DNA from: Eledone cirrhosa
Taxonomy: Eukaryota
Length of the DNA: 64,000 nt
NCBI GenBank assembly: GCA_964016885.1
Contig: OZ024765.1
Coordinates: 11,966,001 to 12,030,000 of the forward strand
Direction: 5' to 3'
The notes below the pieces were generated by a model, which had not been told where the DNA came from, made no database searches, and worked only from the letters and a program-made list of their open reading frames with translations. The translations under genes were made by a program, and so were the position numbers. Shown here piece after piece: positions 53,188 to 64,000 of the stretch. Position 1 is the stretch's first letter. Every line of letters starts with the position of its first letter.

Positions 53188-54155
53188 AACACCCCTTTCG
53201 GGCGTCACGATTTGAGCCTAGAAAGTTCCCCTTTGAGACACAAGTCCACATATATATAGGCAGCAAATTGTCAAAGTCATTAGAACTACAGATAAAATGC
53301 TTTATGGTATTCCTTCTTTGTTTAAATTCCACCAAAGGCAACTTTGCCTTTCATGCTTTCGAGGTCAATAAGTACCAGTCTAGTGCTGGGGTCGATTCTT
53401 CCTCTATATCTCTTTCTCATTTCCTCTCTCTCACTTTCTATCTTTCTCTGGAAGAAATCTGCTGTACTCAGGCCTGGAGAGGGATATGTTCGGCCAGGCT
53501 TAAGATTTCCAAGAAATGCTGTATGTCAATGCAGCTCCCCTATAACTCTATCAGGAGTTATAAGACCACACACACACACACACACATGTATATATGTATG
53601 TATGTATATATGTAGTCAAGAAATATCCATCGAAATGGCTTGAGCTCTGCCGTCGGGGTTAAACATTTTCCTATTACCCACTCTACTACCCTAAGTTTTG
53701 AGTACTCTGGTGCGTTATGGTCCATCTGGTTCCTTGCCACACTTCCTTCGTTTTATATATATATAGGTATCTATATCTATCTATATATAAATATATATAG
53801 GTATCTATATCTATCTATATATAAATATATATATGCATATATATCTGTCTGTGTGTATGCGTGCACGTATATGTGCATGTGTGTGTCTGTGTACATGCAT
53901 AATATAGACTTCTGCAGATTCTGTAAACCAAATTCCACTCTCAACAAGTTATAGAGAAAAATTTGAATGAAATGACCTGGGGATGAAACTTACATCTATT
54001 TGTCATGGCAAGCTTACAGCTACACAATACATACATACTATTTCTTTTACACACAGACACACATATGAATACACATATGTGTATCTGAAAAACACATTTA
54101 GTAGAATACAAGAATTATCAATCCAAATACATTAACAAGTCAATTTATAATAACT

Positions 54156-54284
54156 ATATGTGTATGTATATATACATACATATATATATATATTTATATA
54201 TTATATATACATATATATATATATATACATACATATATATATACATACATACATATATATATACATACATACATACATATATAT

Positions 54285-54315
<31 letters not shown>

Positions 54316-54558
54316 CATACATACATATATATATACATACATATATATATATACATACATATATATATACATATATATATACATATATATATACATAAAT
54401 ATATATATATATATATATATACATACATATATATATATAAAATGTATATATATATATACACACACATACATTTATATATATGAATACCTGTACATATCAA
54501 TATATACATTTTATATATATATATATATATATAGACACACATACACACGTATATATAT

Positions 54559-54602
<44 letters not shown>
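54156..54602. repeat. (TA)/(TACA) microsatellite
   Basis: Direct. Confidence 0.95.
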
Positions 54603-54605
<3 letters not shown>

Positions 54606-55275
54606 ACCCATTTGTCACCATCATACAAATAAAGTAGCAAGCGCAAGCGACAATTTAAAAATATTTTTTCTAAGTTTTCTCTGCAAAACTCTAAAAACGA
54701 AAAAGGAAGCAGACTTTAAAATTAAAATAAATAAATATATAAATAAAACCACTGAAAAGAATAAATAATAAATAGATACCTAAAAGAAAGAACCAAAAAA
54801 TCTACAAATTAAATTTCATAAAAACGAACAAAAATTTCGAATAATAACCAAAAAAACATCACAAAAACTAAAAAGAAAAATCCATTCCTTTGGATGATAA
54901 AAAATGTTGTATTTGAAGAGATTTACCTGCTTAGAAATCCAGAAAAAAAGCTGAAAAATATTTAAAAAGATAAATACATATTTTGTAGAGATATTTCATC
55001 CAAATTCTTTTTTTCTTTTTTTTTTTGCGGGGGAGGAGGGGGGGATTTCTCTGTGTTTTTTCTGCTTTTTCATTTTTTTTCGCTATTAATTTTTTCAGCA
55101 TAATATGGCGGACATTTTGTTTCTTTCTTTTTTCTTATTTTATATTTTCAATAGATAAAAAAATAACTTCTTTTGAGGCAAAATAATTTATCAAAACATT
55201 GAAATATGCATTGAAAAACGATTATCTTTATTATATATATGATATATATGATATATATGATATATATGATATATA

Positions 55276-55325
<50 letters not shown>

Positions 55326-55751
55326 GTGTGTGTGTGTGTATATATACACATATATATATATATAATGGAGAAGTCATAGAGTTGTCGTAAACACTTTGGT
55401 TTAATAGTTTTTCTCTATTATTTCAAAGTTAACTTCACAATACGTTTGTGTGTGTGTGTGTGTGTCAGTCATGTGTGGTTGTGTCAGAGTCTCTGTGTTG
55501 AGAGTGTGTGCGTCTGTGTGTGTGTGTTTGTGTGTCAGTCCCTGTGTGCATGTGAGTGTGTGTTTGTGTCAGAGCTTGTGTGTGTGTGTGTGTGTCTGTC
55601 AGTGTGTGTTAGTGTGTGTTTAAGTGTGTGTGTGTGTCTCAGTGTGTGTCAGAACATCTTTGTGTATGTGTCAGAGCCTCTGTGTGAGTGTGTGTGTCTG
55701 TATGTGTGTGTGTCAGAGACTGTGTACAGATGGGTGTGCGTGTGTTAGTGT

Positions 55752-55789
<38 letters not shown>

Positions 55790-56207
55790 AGTGCCTGTGT
55801 GTGTGTCAGTGCATCTGTGTGTGTGTGTGTGTGTCAGTGCCTCTAGGTGTGTGTGTGTGTGAGTGCCTGTGTGTGTGTTTGAAATATTAATCTCAGAACT
55901 TTATCAGAATCTTTATATCTTATGTTGGTTGATACAGCAACTGTAAATTCAACACTCACAAATGCATCCATATGCAAATGTGTATGTATACATATGTATA
56001 TATACATGTATGTGTGTAGGTGTATACATCCATTTCAGAATTATACTAAAACCTACTGGGTATATAAGCCCATCAAATACATGTTTCTTTGTGGTTGAAT
56101 GGATGATATAAATGCCTTCCGATGAGGATGTACTGAATATATATGAATCCAACAACAATTAAATAAGTACATACAGCTTTTAGACTGATTCTCTCTTATA
56201 TGCACAT

Positions 56208-56240
56208 ACTAGTTGAGGTACCCGGCTTCACCTGGGAGAA
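56208..56240 (-). mobile_element. Helitron-like 3' terminus
   Basis: Minus strand CCCAGG-TGAAG-CCGGG hairpin then ...CAACTAG|T. Confidence 0.45.
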
Positions 56241-56957
56241 TAGTTAAGAGAACACAGATAAAAAGAGAAAACGACTGTATTGGATGTGTTGTCTGGTATG
56301 AATGAGGTGAGACTGTAATGTGTGGGTATGTGTGTGTCTGTGAGAGAGCGTGTGTGAGAGAGACAAAAAAAAACAAAAAAACAATCATAAAACTTCCTTA
56401 TTAGGCTGGGGGAGTAAACTGCTGATTAAATGCTAACATTGGCCTTGAATTTTAAATGTGAAATAACCATAGTCAGTATGATCTTTTTCAGCTCCAAAGG
56501 ACGTCATCTGAAACACAGCAATATACCGCATAACATTGCTTCTGAAGTGTTTAGCTTCGTTAGTACGGACTGTAAGTAGTATATAGATAAAAGATGGAGG
56601 GTAGTTTAGTTTCAAATAGTATCAATGTTTCTTTGTTCTGTAAAATGAAAGACTGTAAAACAACTTTATAAAAGCTAACACAATATTGTTAAACCTTCTT
56701 ATACATCAAAGGTTCTATATTTTAAGCCATTTCTAGACTTTTGCGGGACTTTACTTTCTCTCTCTCTCTCTCTGAATATCTAACACTTTAATTGTATGTC
56801 TCTCTGTATAATGGTCTATCTCTCTCTTTCTGCCCCTCCCTCAGTGCCTCTCTCTCTTTAGATATGGGTTTGTGTATGTGTCAGTGTGTCAGTGTGTGTG
56901 TGCGCACATAGTTTTCGTGTGATTCAACCAACCAGCCAACCAACCAATAAACATTGC

Positions 56958-56997
<40 letters not shown>

Positions 56998-57234
56998 AAA
57001 AACAAATAACGAAACGAAATTAAATTTTGTTTCGTTTGTAACTCACTTTTGTATGACTTAATTATATATGTATATATATATATATATTCATTAGTTAAGC
57101 AAAACAAGACCACAAATTTCACAAGGAAGACATTTTTAAAAGATTGTCAACATATTTTATATGTTGACAATCTTATATATATAATATATATATAATATAT
57201 ATAATATATATATATATTATATACATATATATAT

Positions 57235-57425
57235 AATTGTTTCTACTTTTGGCACAAGGCCAGCAATGACCCAGTGCATTACTGGTACTTTATTTTATCG
57301 ACCCTGTAAGGATGAAAGGCAAAGTTAACCTCGGCGGGATTTGAACTCAGAATGGCAAGGGCCGTAATTCTATGCGTCAAAGCATGGCGTCCGACCCTTT
57401 ACCGATACTGCCAATCCACCGCCCT
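57235..57425 (-). mobile_element. Full-length SINE family A
   Basis: Near-identical to 12846-13037. Confidence 0.9.
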
Positions 57426-57826
57426 ACATATATATATAATATATATATACATATATATATAATATATATATATAATATATATATATATTATATATATATA
57501 CACCAGGTCTAAACCCCAAAGAATCAAACTCCCACTACCACTGTTTCTCTCTCTCCCGCTGTCCCCCATCTCTCATTATTATGAGCAAAAGGAGATCCTT
57601 GCAAGTAGATCCAAAAATCAATTAAAGATGTTTACAATTTTTTTCAGTTTATGAGGACATTTCTTTTTTCTGGCATGTTTACATGGTCATGTATTAGATA
57701 TATGTATATATTTATACATGTCAGTGCAGTTAAACACTCTGTATTTATACAGATATAACTTTATCAAACACTTCGGCAGCTAGCACACCTCTCAATATGT
57801 ATATAAATACATGCACTCACGCAAAC

Positions 57827-57859
<33 letters not shown>

Positions 57860-57957
57860 AATATATATAGACACACACAAACATATATAGACATACACTC
57901 ACACACATATATATAGACATACACTCACACACATATATATATACATACACTCACACA

Positions 57958-58002
<45 letters not shown>

Positions 58003-58417
58003 TCACATACATACACATATATATACACACACACACAAACATATATAGACACACTCACACACACATATACACTCACACACATACACACACATAAATATAC
58101 ACATACTTACACACATATATATAGACACACTCACACATATTTATATATATATATATATATATACACTCACACAAACATATATATACACTCACATACACAC
58201 ACATATACACACACACACATATATATATATACACACACACACATATATATATATACACACACAGACACGCACACATATAATAAATATATTCACACAAATA
58301 TATACACTCACACACACACATATATATATATATATATACACACACACATATATCTATATACACACAGACACGCACCCATATAATAAATATATTCACACAA
58401 ATATATACACTCACACT

Positions 58418-58450
<33 letters not shown>

Positions 58451-58895
58451 TTATGTAATGAAAAAAGTAACAGCTTTTCGTTCAAACATCCTATATTAAC
58501 AACAGAACTCTGTTAACAATTATTGGTAAAAAAAAAAAGTAACACTATATTCTCAGCCATATATTCTACACAACGAAGTAGCAAAATTGGAAAATATCTA
58601 TCTGGAATCATGAAAAAGTCGATCGAGCATCAAATAAATATGCTCACGCAGAGTATCAGCTGAAAAACAACATTAAAATTCTTTTTAATCTGGTGTTGAA
58701 GATTTAACAGATATTACCGTGTTCTTTTGCGACTTGCACGAAAATGTATGAACAATACATGAATATTACTAGCAATTTTGTCACCACGGTGAAGCCAAGA
58801 ACATCTTTAAAATGTAATAGACTTAAGGATTGAGGAAATCTATTGTCCCAAACTAAACATAAGTAACTAATAAGGAAATTGGAAGAGTTCATAAT

Positions 58896-58931
58896 TCTTC
58901 TGATGAAGGACTAGCATTGGAAACGTTAAGA
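58896..58931 (+). ncRNA. Minimal hammerhead ribozyme-like motif
   Basis: TCTT-CTGATGA-AGG..TTG-GAAACGTTA-AGA with AACGTT palindrome; stem II weak. Confidence 0.45.
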
Positions 58932-59012
58932 CCCTCTTCCTACTATTTCAAGCATTAAACTAATATATTCCTTCCATTTACTGTACCCATTGTGTTGTTA
59001 TATCTGTTTACA

Positions 59013-59047
<35 letters not shown>

Positions 59048-59100
59048 TATACACACATACATACATACATACATACATACATACATACATACATACATAC

Positions 59101-59300
59101 CAACCCGCTTGGACCAAAGTATGACTGAACTTGGATTTGCGGACAAAAAGCGCAGCTCCCTAATTCATAGTCTACAAATGGCTGCGATAGCTGGCACCTA
59201 CAAACTTTGGAAAACATTCTTGCGATTCAAGGGATGACAATTTCTTTTCTTTTACAACCTTGCCACCAGGAAGGTGGCCGGTCAAAAAAATTATTCTCGA
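59101..59300 (+). mobile_element. 3' end of REL-type non-LTR retrotransposon
   Basis: TELGF...LIHSLQMAAIAGTYKLWKTFLRFKG* following (ACAT)n. Confidence 0.45.
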
Positions 59301-59360
59301 AATTATGAGAAAGAGATAACATACACACAGACAAACATGCATTCATACATACATACATAC

Positions 59361-59763
59361 ATGGTGGCTGCCAACTCGTTTCCGAGTACGGCCACTACTT
59401 TATATCCATGTAGGACAACCCCGACCGATGCGCTGAACGAGTGTGACTTTTTAGTCCAGCCAGCGACTTGAAAACTCTGGTACAAACACTACACTCTTGA
59501 CAATTATTGACACATAGTGCTTTGCCCTTGGTACCATGTGACAAGTGCAGAGAGATCTCCAGATATAAAGCAATGCCTGTGCCGTGAAGCTTTTATAGTG
59601 ACCAAAGGCACTGCACAAAGCCAGTCCCACTCTCTTAATCAAGATGATATTTACCAAAAAGAAGAACAAGTCAACATCATTGGATACCATCAGGGTTGCA
59701 GGTGTTATATCAGAGTTTTCCTTCTCCTAGAATTCTGCCTTGACAAAGGCTAAGGGGTCATCC
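59361..59763 (-). mobile_element. Bipartite RTE-derived element (copy of 11410-11808)
   Basis: Reverse complement match; near-identical ORF-track peptides. Confidence 0.85.
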
Positions 59764-59795
59764 ATACACACACACACACACACACACATACACAC

Positions 59796-59832
<37 letters not shown>

Positions 59833-59834
59833 CA

Positions 59835-59900
<66 letters not shown>

Positions 59901-60667
59901 ATCTGTGACTTTGCATCCAATGATGTAGACCAGTTCTTCTTTTGGGGCAAATATATTTGATGTTCAGAGAGAGGGATTGGCTCCGTGCAAAGCCTTTCCT
60001 CGCTTAAAAAAAAGCTTCAAGCAGAGGCATCGCTTGATATGTGACATTTTTTGCTATGCATGGTATTGCTGGCCACAGGCAAGTCCCTAGCTGGACTAAA
60101 AGCCAACATCCATGATGCTCATGCTGAAGTATCAAATGATGGTATTACTTGAAATCTAGCTGCGGCCATCTTCTTCATGTATTTATGTATGTGTGTATCC
60201 ATGTATGTATGTATGTGTATATATGTATGTGTATATATGTGTGTGTGTGAACATGGTTGTAAGGCGGGGGAATAGGTGATGGAGGGGGGGGGATTAGGTG
60301 ATGGAAGGGGAAGGACTGATGGAGGGGAGCAGGGTGGGGGGGGGGGAGAATAGGGAAATAAGATAATCTACAATTAAATGAAGCTACATCATCTTTACCA
60401 TATTAATTCTATTTCGTAGAATAGCAATCAACACACCTCCTCCTCCTCCTTCTACTCGCTATTCTCCTCTCTCTCCTCCTCAGTCTGTCTCTCTCCCTCT
60501 TTAAGACTGTTCTACCTGACACTCTTACACCACAGCACACCACCGCCATCCACTCCACCATCAACCACACCACTCCACTCCACACTCTGCTAAAAACAAC
60601 ACCCCCCCCCAAGACCTTCCCTTCACTCCTCCATTCTGTTATAGGTGATTCAATTATGACATTGAAT

Positions 60668-61982
<1,315 letters not shown>

Positions 61983-62144
61983 AGTGGGGTGTATATTTCT
62001 ATCTAAATATATGTATGCTGTATGCTGTGTGTGTTTGTGTATGAGTGTGTTTATGTAAGCATGTGTTTACGTACATATGAGTTTGTATGAATACAATGCT
62101 CAATCTCTTAATCTCGATTTCTATATATAATTATATAAGTATAG

Positions 62145-62157
62145 ATATATATGTATG

Positions 62158-62188
<31 letters not shown>

Positions 62189-62351
62189 ATATGTGTGTGT
62201 ATATATAGATATATACATACATATGTGCATATATATATATATGTATATGTGTGTATGTATATATCTATCTATATATATGTGTGTGTGTGTGTGTATATAT
62301 ATATATACATACATATGTGCATATATATATATGTATATGTGTATATGTATG

Positions 62352-62383
<32 letters not shown>

Positions 62384-62519
62384 CATACACATGTGCATAT
62401 ATATATATGTATATGTGTGTATGTATATATCTATCTATATATATGTGTGTGTGTGTGTATATATATATATACATACATATGTGCATATATATATATGTAT
62501 ATGTGTATATGTATGTATG

Positions 62520-62551
<32 letters not shown>

Positions 62552-62599
62552 CTCATGTGCATATATATATATGTATATGTGTGTATGTATATATCTATC

Positions 62600-62649
<50 letters not shown>

Positions 62650-62765
62650 CATACATATGTGCATATATATATATGTATATGTGTATATGTATGTATATAT
62701 ATATATATATATATATACATACACATGTGCATATATATATATGTATATGTGTGTATGTATATATC

Positions 62766-62798
<33 letters not shown>

Positions 62799-62825
62799 AT
62801 GTATATATATGTGTATATGTGTGTG
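62145..62825. repeat. Compound microsatellite with higher-order duplication
   Basis: CATATGTGCATATATATATATGTATATGTGT unit repeated. Confidence 0.9.
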
Positions 62826-63074
62826 ACTATGGGTCTGATTAGATTTCAATATTGTATCTATTATCTATTTTAAGTGAATACGAAAAGGTATCCATCCTCA
62901 CCTACACAAACCTTCCTCCCTGCTCCAAATGGACACATATCTTACATAGTGATATATAATATATATATATGAGTGTATAGATATCTATCTCTGTTGATAG
63001 ATTTATAAATAGTTGCACATCTAATAAGGACAAAGACATATGCATGTGTGTGTGTGACTATGTATGTATGTGAG

Positions 63075-63105
<31 letters not shown>

Positions 63106-63219
63106 GGTTTTTTTCTTATTAAGTGCGCAAACTATTTATGAATATTTATATATATAGATTCACATATATGTGTGTGTGTGTGTGTTTGTGTATCTGTGTG
63201 TGTACACACACACACAATG

Positions 63220-63485
63220 TAAAGTGGTCATGTAGGTGACCTAACAAAAAACACTCAGTCCACGCTGTAAAGTGGTCATGTAGGAGACACAGTAAAAAGG
63301 CTCCCAGTCCACACTGTAAATGTGGTTGGTGTTAGGAAGGGCATCCAGCAGGAGAAACCCTGTCAAAAACAGTTCTGGACAAGCGAGACATGGTCACCCG
63401 ACAAATCTTGCCTCAAGTGGGATAAATCCGACCAACCCATGCTAGCGTGGAAGATAGATGTTAAACAAGGATGATGATGATGATG

Positions 63486-63562
<77 letters not shown>

Positions 63563-64000
63563 AAGTTATGTTGGTGCCACAACATTCAGGCCGAAACAAA
63601 TGAGATCGTGTAGATGTCACAACAAAAAAACACACAGTCCACGCTGTAATGTGGCCGTGTAGGCAACACGGTAAAAACCTCTCCGCCCCACACTGTAAAT
63701 GTGGTTGGTGTTAGGAAGGGCATCCAGCTGTAGAAAACCTGCCAGACAGTCCACGCTGTAATGTGGCCGTGTGGGCAACACGGTAAAAACCTCCCAGCCC
63801 CACACTGTAAATGTGGTTGGTGTTAGGAAGGGCATCCAGCTGTAGAAAACCTGCCAGACAGTCCACGCTGTAATGTGGCCGTGTAGGCAACACGGTAAAA
63901 ACCTCTCCGCCCCACACTGTAAATGTGGTTGGTGTTAGGAAGGGCATCCAGCTGTAGAAAACCCGCCAGACAGTCCTATGCGAGCAAGACAACCACTCTT
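63220..64000 (+). mobile_element. RTE-related short retroelements; the second has a 112-bp internal unit repeated three times
   Basis: GTCCACGCTGTAATGTGG at 63637, 63749, 63861; GGTGTTAGGAAGGGCATCCAG in each unit. Confidence 0.8.

Noticed and set aside
56117-56140. Hammerhead at CCGATGAGGATGTACTG
   Set aside because: Resembles the 5889 motif but the core is mutated and no stem II closure or GAAA follows
58450-58870. GIY-YIG endonuclease remnant upstream of the hammerhead-like motif
   Set aside because: Manual translation gave no convincing motif

Overview
AT-rich eukaryotic non-coding DNA, most consistent with an octopus/cephalopod genome based on its SINE repertoire and extreme microsatellite density. 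It is probably the inside of one or more very long introns of a minus-strand gene: there is one good exon at 10108-10225 and a weaker candidate at 39751-39816. Almost every ORF in the supplied track is an artefact of micro/minisatellites. Recognisable content: several tRNA-derived SINE families, 3' fragments of RTE, RTE-X, R4/Dong-like and Tx1/L1-clade LINEs, hAT, piggyBac-like and Tc1/mariner MITEs, Helitron-like ends and many minisatellites. The most notable pattern is about a dozen short elements inserted into (TA)n tracts. Many fold into long inverted-repeat hairpins and/or carry type I hammerhead ribozyme motifs with palindromic helix III, the architecture expected of non-autonomous Penelope-like (pseudo-LTR) retroelements or retrozymes. 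All family assignments are by eye; no database searches were run.
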